DNA of 64,000 nt. Origin: Mobula hypostoma (taxonomy: Eukaryota). Each line of letters starts with the position of its first letter. Position 1 is the first letter of the stretch. The notes below the pieces were generated by a model. The model saw nothing but the letters and a program-made list of their open reading frames with translations. It searched no databases and was not told the origin of the DNA. Location of the stretch: the NCBI RefSeq assembly GCF_963921235.1, contig NC_086108.1, positions 48,424,001-48,488,000 on the forward strand. The letters run 5' to 3'. Shown piece after piece: positions 11,101-23,100 of the stretch. Both the position numbers and the translations under genes were made by a program.

Positions 11101-14100
11101 TGCAAGGTAATTGCTGTAGAATCGTAGTAAGTTCGGTCAAAGGGCAAATAAGAAACTTAATGTAAAAGAGAGAAACCTGAGGCTAAAATAAGAAGCAAAG
11201 TCCTTGAAGCTGCGGTGATGCATAAGGTATCCGGCACACTAACATTCCCTTTTTCTGAAAGCCACCGTAATTTCATAACTGTTTAGTTTTAGAGATGTGA
11301 TTGGAATTGATATTGTGATTGATAGCTCTGTACAGTTTTCCTGACTGCTGTGTTACAGTCCCTCCTAGTATTTCTGGTTCCGAGATGCCCAGTGAAGTCA
11401 GTGTTCTACAGGGTGAAAACGTGAAGCTGGTTTGTGCTGCAGATGGCATTCCCAGACCTTCAGTACAGTGGCTTAAAGACAGCAAACTTCTGAATGACAC
11501 TGACGATAAACGAATAAGGTAATTTAGAAATTTTAATCTTTTCAAAGTTGTAGAAGCAATTAGTAAATTCTTTCACCATGTTTTTCTTTGCAGACCATGT
11601 AATATTAATTGCCATATACAGACCGCAGACTCAACCAAATACTTATGTTTACTTATTTCTTATTTCCTTTCATCTCCATTCATTCTCAACCTTCATCATA
11701 ATCAGCAATGTCTGCACTTTGAGATGAAGAGCAATACTTCTCTCTTTACAGTCAGGTGCAGTAGCAAACATCCCCAATTGTGTAAGACACAGTAAGGGCA
11801 CTGAACAAGTTAAACCTTACTTGAAATCTACTCCAAAGGTTGACACAAGAATCTAAAAAAACAATTGCATAAGATCTGTGGCATATTCTATCTGTCGGTC
11901 TCAACAAGCCTAACAATGTGAAGTGAACAAACACTTAATTAGTTTCATGAAACACTAACCAAATCCATTTAACTTCAGATTGTCTTCACACTATTGCATA
12001 AGTGTCTTTTGTTGCAAGCCCCGGAGATAATAATGCTTTTCAACGATTCAAGATTCAAGATTCAAAAAACTTTATTGTCATTCTAACCATACATCAGCTC
12101 TGCAGGGCAGAATGAGACAGTGTTTCTCAGGGGCAGTGCAATCATAACATAACAAACGCAACACTAAATAATAAACATAACAATAAATAGTAAAACACAA
12201 CCTCCACATGTCAGTTAAAATCAAGTTGTAAGTGTCCAGTGCAAGTTAAAAGTGTCCAAAGCAGAGTCATGTAGAGCAGCTATTTAGCAGTCTGACTGCC
12301 TGTGGGAGGAAGCTGTTTAGTAGCCTTGTGGTTTTAGTTTTAATGCTCCTGTAACATTTGCCTGATGGCAGAAGAACAAACAGTTCATGGAGAGGGTGTG
12401 AGGGGTCTTTAATGATGTATCGAGTCTTCTGGAGGCATCGACTCTGAAAGAGGTCTTGGACAGAAAGTAGGGAGACCCCAATAACCTTCTCTGCTCCCCC
12501 AACCACCCTCTGCAAGGCTTTTCTGTCGACAACACTGCAGCTGGAGTATCAGGTTGTGATGCAAAAGGTCAGCACACTCTCAACCACACCTCTGTAGAAT
12601 GTAGTTAAGATGTTAGTGGGGAGTGATGCTTGTTTAAGCTTCCTCAGAAAGTGCAATCTCTGCTGGGCCCATTTCACAATCCCAGTGGTGTTCCTGGACC
12701 AGGTGAGATTGTCCGAGATCTGCACCCCAAGGAACTTGATATTTTCCACTCTCTCCACTCTCTCCACTGTGGAGCCGCTGATGCTGGGGGGTGTGTGCTC
12801 AGGCTGAGCCCGTCTGAAATCAACGATCATCTCCTTGGTTTTGCTGACATTAAGCATCAAGTTGTTATCACTGCACCAGCTCTCTAGGTGTTTGACCTCC
12901 TCCTTGTACATTGTTTCATCATTTTTGCTGATGAGCCCCACCACTGTGGTATCATCAGCAAATTTAATGATCAGGTTCTCCTTGAATCTGGCTGCACAGT
13001 CGTGTGTTAGCAGTGTAAACAGCAATGGGCTAAGCACACAGCCTTGTGGGGATCCAGTGTTCAGCGTGATGGAGTCAGAGATGTTCCTGCCAACACTGAC
13101 TGACTGTGGTCTCTCTGTCAAGAAATCCAGAATCCAGCGACACATGGTAGTGTTAAGGCCAAGCAGCGACAGTTTCTCCACTAGTCTCTGCTGGATGATG
13201 GTATTGAACGCTGAACTGAAATCAATGCACAGGATTCTTTTCAAATGTTAGTTGCAAACCTATTTTCCATATTTTCCTTGATGTGTAGTTTACAAATTAA
13301 TATAACTGCAATTACTAACAACAAATTCACCTGAGGCTTATCATTGAGTTGTAGATTTATTCACATAATCCACACAATCAGGCAATTCTTGTCCCTGATG
13401 TACTTTTAAAAATATTTCTCAATGGATTCTGAACAGTTTAGTCTTAGGTTAACCATTGTAGTGTATGTAGAGTTCTTGTGGCTATGCTCTCAATCTCCCG
13501 CCAAGTGTCACGCAGGTGATCAAAGCTGTTGTGAAAACAGCTGCCAAATAGCTTCCATTGCAGCAACTCCAGGAGAGGTCAGGCATGGCCATGGAGGGTA
13601 TTATATATTGTGTACTTCAATAAAGAAAAGTTTGTTGTTGTGATTTATATATAATGTGTGACTATGTTCCTCCAGAGTGAGTTCAAATGGCAGCACCCTC
13701 CACATTAATAGGACAATGACTACAGACATTGGCAAATACACTTGTGTGGCCAGCAACTCTGCTGGTGAGGAAGATCGAATTTTTAACCTCAATGTTTATG
13801 GTGAGTAATGTCAATGACGAGATGAAACTTATTTAAAGTTTACCGTTCTCTATTATGCTTTTAGTTTTTGCTATACAAAAAGTGGCAGAGACAGATTCTG
13901 CAAGATTCCTAGGTAGCTAAGTAGATAGTTCAATATTCAGATGAGCCAAAGTTCAGTGCCTGGTCTGAACTGATTTCACGGACGTCACCCAATGCAATCC
14001 GTGTGATGCTGAGTAGGTAATTCAGGATTCAGGTGAGCTGAAGTTCAGTGCCTGGTCTGAACTGAGATGACTGGAATGGAGGTGATGCTCTCATGATTTA

Positions 14101-17100
14101 GTTGTCCCCAGGTTACAAATGGAAAAAGTCAAAATGAAGTATTTCCATTTTTTCATTTTATTCACAAATATCATCAATTACTTCAAAGCAAGCAGCAACT
14201 GTTTTTATAGGCTACAGTATGCAACTACTGTTTATAGCAAAGCTATGGTGATAAATTCAATGTGAACATCTGACAATTTTGGCCAAGTTGTCACTTTCAT
14301 CAGGACATGGGACACACTCCTCTGTTTTCTCAACAATGCAAGGAACAATGTTAATCATGACCACAAGAAATACTGAAAAAGGGAACTAAATACAGTTTAT
14401 GAGTAAACGTTCATGTCTTGCTTCAGACATCAACTGAGAAACCACATACCGTGCAGTGGAATATCTTCAAGCACTGTAGAATTACTGTGTGGATCATAGG
14501 TTGAAGTTCTGAAGTAAAGTTTGAGCTTCATTAAGCCAAAGAGACCCTCAGCGGTATCTTGTTGCCAAGTTTCTGAAAAATCTCTACTCTCCAGTGATCT
14601 TTTCCACATCATGTGTCCATAAACTGGATCCGGCAGAGTTGCACACATAAAGTGCTGGAGGAACTCAGCAGGCCAGGCAGCATCTATGGAAACATAGAAA
14701 CATAGAAAATAGGTGCAGGAGTAGGCCATTCGGCCCTTCAAACCTGCACCGCCATTCAGTATGATCATGGCTGATCATCCAACTCAGAACCCTGTACCTG
14801 CCTTCTTTCCATACCCCCTGATCCCTTTAGCCACAAGGGCCATATCTAACTCCCTCTTAAATATAGCCAATGAACTGGCCTCAACTGTTTCCTGTGGCAG
14901 AGAATTCCACAGATTCACCACTCTCTGTGTGAAGAAGGTTTTCCTCATCTCGGTCCTAAAAGGCTTCCCCTTTATCCTCAAACTGTGACCCCCCCCCACC
15001 CCGTTCTGGACTTCCCCAACATCGGGGCCAATCTTCCTGCATCTAGCCTGTCCAATCCCTTTAGGATTTTATACATTTCAATAAGATCCCGCCTCAATCT
15101 TCTAAACTCCAGCGAGTATAAGCCTAGTCGATCCAGTCTTTCATCATATGAAAGTCCTGCCATCCCAGGAATCAATCTGGTGAACATTCTTTGTACTCCC
15201 TCTCTGGCAAGAATGTCTTTTCTCAGATTAGGGGACCAAAACTGCACACAATACTCCAGGTGTGGTCTCACCAAGGCCTTGTACAACTGCAGTAGTACCT
15301 CCCTGCTTCTGTACTCGAATCTTCTTGCTATGAATGCCAGCATACCAGTCGCCTTTTTCACCGCCTGCTGTACCTGCATGCCCACTTTCAATGACTGGTG
15401 TATAATGACACACAGGTCTCGTTGCACCTCCCCTTTTCCTAATTGACCACCATTCAGATAATAATCTGTTTTCCTGTTTTTGCCACCAAAGTGGATAACC
15501 TCACATTTATTCACATTAAATTGCATCTGCCATGAATTTGCCCACTCACCTAACCTATCCAAGTCACCCTGCATCCTCTTAGCATCCTCCTCACAGTTAA
15601 CACTGCCACCCAGCTTCGTGTCATCCACAAACTTGGAGATGCTGTATTTAATTCCCTCATTTAAGTCATTAATATACATTGTAAACAACTGGGGTCCCAG
15701 CACTGAGCCTCACAGTATCCCACTAGTCACCGCCTGCCATTCTGAAAAGGTTCCATTTATTCCCACTCTTTGCTTCCTGTCTGCCAACCAACTGTCTATC
15801 CATATCAATACCATACCCCCAATACCGTGTGCACACTAATCTCCTATGTGGGACCTTGTCAAAAGCCTTTTGAAAATCCAAATATACCACATCCACTGGT
15901 TCTCCCCTATCCACTCTACTAGTTACATCCTCAAAAAATTCTATGAGATTCGTCAGACATGATTTTCCTTTCACAAATCCATGCTGACTTTGTCCATTGA
16001 TTTCACTGCTTTCCAAAGGTGCTGTTATCATATCTTTGATAACTGACTCTAGCAGTTTCCCTGCCACCGATGTCAGGCTAACCGGTTTATAATTCCCCGG
16101 TTTCTCTCTCCCTCCTTTTTTAAAAAGCGGGGTTACATTAGCCACCCTCTAGTCCTCAGGAACTAGTCCAGAATCTAAAGAGTTTTGAAAAATTATCACT
16201 AATGCATCCACTATTTCTTGGGCTACTTCTTTAAGCACTCTGGGATGCAGACCATCTGGCCCTGGGGATTTATCTGCCTTTAATCCCTTCAATTTACCTA
16301 ACACCACTTCCCTACTAACATGTATTTCCCTCAGTTCCTCCATCTCACTGGACCCTCTGTCCCCTACTATTTCTGAAGATTATTTATGTCCTCCTTAGTG
16401 AAAACAGAACCAAAGTAGTTGTTCAATTGGTCTGCCATGTCCTTGTTCCCCATGAACAATTCACCTGTTTCTGACTGTAAGGGACCTACATTTGTCTTAA
16501 CCAATCTTTTTCTTTTCATATATCTATAAAAGCTTTTACAGTCAGTTTTTATGTTCCCTGCCAGCTTTCTCTCATAATCTTTTTTCCCTTTCCTTATTAA
16601 GCCCTTTGTCCTCCTCTGCTGGACTGAATTTCTCCCAATCCTCAGGTGAGCCGCTTTTTCTGGCTAATTTGTATGCTTCTTCTTTGGAATTGATACTATC
16701 CCTAATTTCCCTTGTCAGCCATGGGTTCACTACCTTCCCTGGTTTATTCTTTTGCCAAACTGGGAAAAGAGTAAACAGTTGACGTTTTGGGCTGAGACCC
16801 TTCCAAGTGAAATAGCTTGCCCAAATTCACTGACTTGGCTCACAACCAGGTCAACATTGAGTGAAGTACCAGGTCACCTCAACATCTAGAACATTAGAAG
16901 CTTCAGAAAAAGGAAGAATGAGAAATGAAACTAATGACCTGTTGAATTTAACTTGATGCATTTAAAGTACATCTGTGTCTTATTGTTTATTAATGTATCA
17001 TCATAAATTGTATTTAATTCTCTTTTTCAATATATCTTGTAACATTTTTAAGTTCTTTTATACCATTTATTCAACTAAAAACTTAGAGATATGGGAAATA

Positions 17101-20100
17101 ATTGTTTTAAAGTATAATTGTTAAAGTACGAGGCAGGGTTTCAATATGATCTATTTATATAGTAGTAAGTCACGATATCAACTAATAAATCAATGCCATT
17201 TCTTCTCCAGTTCCACCAGTCATTCACAGTAATCAGATGGGGAACCAGGAACTGACAACTATATTGGATAACTCTATTAATATTGAGTGTAAGGCTACTG
17301 GCTCCCCACCTCCACAGCTGAACTGGTTAAAGAACGGTCTTCCTCTTCCAATTTCATCTCAGATCCGGCTGCTCTCCGCTGGGAAAGTTCTGAGGTTAGT
17401 TTTCTGGAGGGCAATGACTTTTCATTGAATTTTTTTAATCTGAAGATTCAAAGCCCGTTTGGTGCAGGATACCCAAGGTTGTCAGAGGCCTAGGTTCTGC
17501 CACATCTGAACTTTTCAAGCCAGTCAGAAGGCTGAAGAGGTAATCCCGGGAAATCAGGACCAGAATTGATTTATTACCACTGACATATGTCGTGACCTTT
17601 GTTGTTTTGTGGCAGCAGTACAGTGCAAGACGTAAAATATTACCATAAATTACAATAAAAATAGAACAAATAAATAGTGCAAAAGGCCGATAGTGAGGTA
17701 CAGTTCATGGGTTCACAGACCGTTCAGATATCTGATGACAGAGGCGATGAAGCTGTTCTTAAAACATTGAGTGTGGGACTTCAGGCTCCTGTACCTCCTC
17801 CCTAATGGTTGTAATGTGAAAAGACCATGTCCACTATGGTTAATGATGGATGAAAGGTCCCTGAATTGGAGACAGTTCATTGAGGCTCGATTTACTCTGA
17901 GGATTCTGAAGACTGAGAGGTTACAAAGGCACTTTAGGAATCAGTAAGTGAGCACTGAGGTTACCTTCTGGACTTCCTACACTGGTACTCTGCAATCCAC
18001 TCAGGATGCCTTCTCAGGAATCAGAGCTATCATCGATGACATACCATGATGTGCTGCCGACAGTACTTCTGTACTGAAACCTGGCCAAGCAATGAATCAC
18101 TGACATGGCTTAGTATGGAGAGGCTGGCTGTGAGGACTACAAACTGCAGTTGGGTGGGCCCAGGTGAGCAGTTCGCCTGCTCAGCAATGAGATGTGGGGC
18201 ACGGGGCTACACTCCAAAGGATAGTTATTGCTGAGGACTGACAGCACCTACTCCATGTGTTGATGGTCTCCCCCCTCAGGCTGGGTGAGACTAGAACCAG
18301 TTGTCATAGGCTTTGAGTGAAGCTTAAACATTTAACTTTTAATTTGAGTCAGTAGTAAGAAAGGAAAATGCAATTTAAGCATTCATTGCAAGAGAACTAG
18401 AATAATAAAGCAAGGATGTAATGCTGAGGCTTATAAGGCATTGGTCAGACCACATTTGAAGTATTATAAGCCGTTCTGGGCACCATATTTAAGCTAGGAT
18501 GTGTTGGCATTGGAGAGGTTCCAGAGGAGATACACAAGAAAGATCCCAAGAATGAAAATGTTAATGTATGAGTTGTGTTTGATGACTCTGGGTCTGTACT
18601 CAGTGAGTTTAGTAGGATGAGGGGGACCTCATTGAAACCTTCCAAATATAGAAAGGCCTAGATAGAGTTTCCAGAGGGAGGATGCTTCTAATAGTGGAAG
18701 AGTCTAGAACCAGAAGACCCCACCTCAGAATAGAAGGATGTCCTTTTAAAACAGAGACAAGGAGGAATATTTTTATCCAGGTAGGATGTTGGGGTGAACC
18801 TGTAGATTTCATTTCCACAGACGGCTGTGGAGACCAAGTCACGAGGTATGTTTAAGGTGGAATTTGATAGGCAAGAGAATGGGGTTGAGAGTAGGGTTGC
18901 CAACTTTCTCACTCCCAAATAAGGGACAAAAGGTGGCATGCCACGGCGGTGTGGGTATGGTGCAGGCCCAGGATGAAGTGACTGAGGAGGCTGGCAGCTA
19001 GCAGATTTGTAAACATGGTAATTTTTTTCAAAAGAGAGAGAGAGAGAAAAAAACAACAACCCTGAGTAGGTAAACAAATCCAGTATATGAACCATATATA
19101 CATATCTTCAGTGTTATATACGAAATGTAACACCAAATTATAACAGAACATAATCTGACTACCAGTCAGACGTGAAATAACACCAAATAACCCTATCTGT
19201 ACGTGCCTATAGAGTAGACGTATAATCACTGCAAAAGAGGAAAAGAGGAAGGGACTCTCTAAGTCTACTTTTTCCATGGATATTTCTTGCTGCTCTTGAC
19301 TGATTCAAGCATTCCTTTGTCTTTTTGCACAGCCAGAGAGAAGTCCTTACATGACAAGTGACAGTTCACAGATATTTGAAGTTCATTTTTGATCAGCTCT
19401 GTGCTGCATCTGTTTCTTGAGTCTGACCAGTTCATGGTCATCAGAGAGAAGATCCTCTCTGCAAAGGCATTTGAGCCTGGCTCACTGAGGACAAATGAGA
19501 CAATCCTGAACATGTTGATCAAGTTGGCTTTCCCTATGTTTTGGAAAACTGCCACCCATTTCTCACTGGTGGATTTTGTGGTATCCTGTCTGGCTTTCTG
19601 TATTTCCTCCCGGCTAGCGCAAAACTCTTCATAGAGTTGGTCCACATTGACTGTCTCTGTCATTTTGAGGGCAGCCACCACCTGCTCCAGGTCAGTGAAG
19701 GAGAGCTCCTCATAGAGGCCGATTGGTTTCAGTTTCATCGTTACATTTACTGGTGAAAAAACAAACCACTTATCAATGTATGTAATGACAGAGTCATAGA
19801 ACTTCACAAAGTCCTGTTGCTGCTTGAACCTTTGTGCTGGCACTTGTTTGTCCATCAGCTGCTTGGTCTGGTATCCAGAAAAGCTGTCCTATTTCCGCTG
19901 AAGCATCTTCATTTTGAACTTTCGGACTTCCTAGTAAACATCTGTGATGCAGAGTTTTGTTTCCTCCAGCTTTTTTATGAGTTAGTCAAAAACACACCCC
20001 ATGTCGTGGAAAAAGCACAGATAAATTTTTGTAGCTCCAGTCTTTCTTCATCCTCAAAAATCCTCTTCAGTACCACAGGACAGGTCTCAAGGGACCTGAA

Positions 20101-23100
20101 GTATGATGTAAGAGTTGGCCAGCTTTGCAGGAGACGTTCGACAGCTAGATGAAGAGAGAGCCATCGTGTGCAAACATGACGCAGAATTTCACACCACTCA
20201 ATGTCAACAAAGGCAAAAAATGAATGCAGGTCCTCTCCTTGGGAAGCAGATATTGAGAAGTGGCTGTAGACCTTGAGAATAATTGTCTCAATATCCACTG
20301 ACAGCTGACCACAGGCGCGTTTGCAGGCCTGATGAGCTATGTGAGCTGAGCAATTAGCTTTCAGAATGCGATTGTTGGCCCTGCTCAGTAACCAGTAAAC
20401 TGAGTGTGGTTTTCCAAAGTTTACATTGGCTTTATCTGCTGCATAGGCTGTGATGTGTCTAATATCCAGTTCATACTTTTCCAGACAGCTCATCAGAGCT
20501 TGATGTATGCCATTTGCAGTTTCATAAAAGTTTCATACTGTCTTCATAAAAGTCAAGTAACTTACACTGCACTCCATCAGACAGAGAGAAATATCTCACG
20601 CACACTGGAAACATTTTTCTATCTCCCCTGTTTGAGGCATTGGTGCCAACTGAGAAATACGCGGGGTCCGTGGGCTCACCTTCTTCGGTCAGGGACAGAT
20701 CATCCATAATATCCCGCACAGTCTTTGGTCCTAAAACATTCATTGTAATCATCTCGGCTTTCGCTCTTCCCAAGTGCATCTTCTTCACAACATTTGAGTT
20801 GTTAAACAAAGCACCGTTGAGCTTAGCAAGACAGTAGGTGCTGTTGTAGCTGAGTCCGTTTTTAACCGTATGATACACATATGAGGCTTCACTTGCCGCG
20901 ATTTTGTCATTTTCCGCAGTAGATTTCACGAAGAATGCACCAATATTGTTTGCACCTTTAGCTAGTGTGGCCTTTTTGTGCAGTTGTGTGGAAGCATGCT
21001 GAGTTAGGTCATTCTCACTTCCATGGCCAATTGAGAATTCCCGACGGCATAAAGACTCGTCGACGTCGAGTCACCGCTGACGGGCTTAACCCACGTCGTT
21101 TTTCCTTCCCATTGCTTGTTACAGCTGCACAGTCTTTTCTTTTTTGGCGGTTTATCCATATTGGCTCATGCCAAACCAACCAAACAACACCGGACGTTAC
21201 TGAAACTTTTTGTTTTGACAGGAATTGGCAAAATATAGCACACAACTGATGCGCATAAGGGGACCTGTGATTGGATGACAGGTGAATCACTTGTGCGTGG
21301 CGTCAACAGCACATACAACACGCACACACGCTGTTGTATCAGATCTAGGATCTGTCTGTAAGCGTGCCCTCTGGTGATTACAGAGTAGTAGCAGTCAAAT
21401 ACTGGACAAGGGCGGTCCCGTATGGGACAAACCAGTTTAGCCCAATATACAGGATGTCCCGGCTAATACGGGACAGTTGGCAACCCTAGTTGAGAGGGAA
21501 AATAAATCAGCTGTAATCAAAGAGCAGAGCAGACCTGATGGGCCAACTGGCTTAATTCTGCTCTTGTTTCTTACAGCTTTATGGTCAAAGCTGTGGTACT
21601 CTATGACTACCAGATCCTACGATCTCCCTCATCACCTACTGATTGTAATGCCTCCCTCTTTCTTTGTCCAGTTGCCCTAGTCTAGAGAGTACCCTGCGGC
21701 CAGCTGTTTGTTCCCCAGTACTGGCCTGTACTCATCTCACCGTGCCAATCGACTGCAGCCACTAGCCCCACATCCCATCACCGAACAACTACATCACTCA
21801 CCACAGCTTAACTATGTCAACCCTGTGGTGTGACTCGTTACTGAGAGAGTGCAAGCAGAAGGTAGGCAGTTACTCCAGGAGTGCAGCACAACAGTAGGAA
21901 GGGCAAGGAGTCACACCAAGTACGTAGCCGAAGTTAATGCCAAGTTTCAGTGTTATGTACCTGTGCATGTATAACCTCAAGCACTGCAATAAATCAGCAC
22001 TCCAGGAGGCAGCACCAGACAGGGTGTCAGTGTAATGGCAGGCCCAGACCGTTCCACTGAAGTGCCATTTTGCATTCAAATAAAAGTGGAAACAGCTGGA
22101 TAGGTGTGGAGAGAAAGACAGCTCCTAGAGCATAAAGGAGGAGCGATACTGGTACAAAATGTCTGCCTAAACTGGAAATGATTCTCTCTATCTCCATTTG
22201 CCAAAAGATCTGAGTTTGCAATTCTGGTTTTATTTCAGGTTGAATATATAACCTAAGAATAATATTTGGGCTCAGAAGTCAAGTTTAATTGGAAGTCTTA
22301 GGTTAATCCATATCCTAAGGAACTCTTCACACTTGTTATTTCCTGATTTGAACTTGATAATTAGCTTAACTTAATTGACTTGAGCAACAATCAAGTATTC
22401 CCATTGGGGAGCTTGCATGAAAAGACGTGGGATAGACACCTGAGTCAGCAGCATCAATGGTAAAAATAGCCAAAAATGTAACCACAACAAATACCGTTGT
22501 CCCCAACCCCCAAATCCAGGTGAAGCTAGATAGTCAGAACTATTTATTATTATAAGGCAGGACACTGGGGCTGAGAGGAACATTGGATCAGCCATGATGA
22601 AATGGCAGAGCAGATTCGATGGGGCAAATGGCCTAATTCTGCTCCTTTACCTTATGGTTTTATGGTCTATCACTCTTTCACAGAATTGTGCGGGCCCAGG
22701 TGTCAGATGATGGGACGTACACTTGCGTGGCATCTAATCGAGCTGGTGTGGACAACAAGCATTACAACTTAATAGTGCATGGTGAGTTTACTAACAGGGA
22801 TCATGCATTACTTTACAGCATTCTCTTAGTCTGTAGTTTCTAAGCATATGTTGTGGAAAAGAGTTTATTTACATTGCAAATTTGAATCGTTGAACAGTTT
22901 CATTGGCACAGGAGACTGCTGTAAGGGTGAACAGCAATGAGGCCACAGGCAGTGATCCTGCATTATTGACTATTTATCACGTGGCAGCTGCTTTTCCCAT
23001 TGTGCAGAAAGGTCGCATCCTTTAACAGTCTTCTTCCCTTCCCTTGGGTTCCCCAGCACCCTGCCTTCTTGAAACTCTGGGCTCACCTGGACACCCAGGG

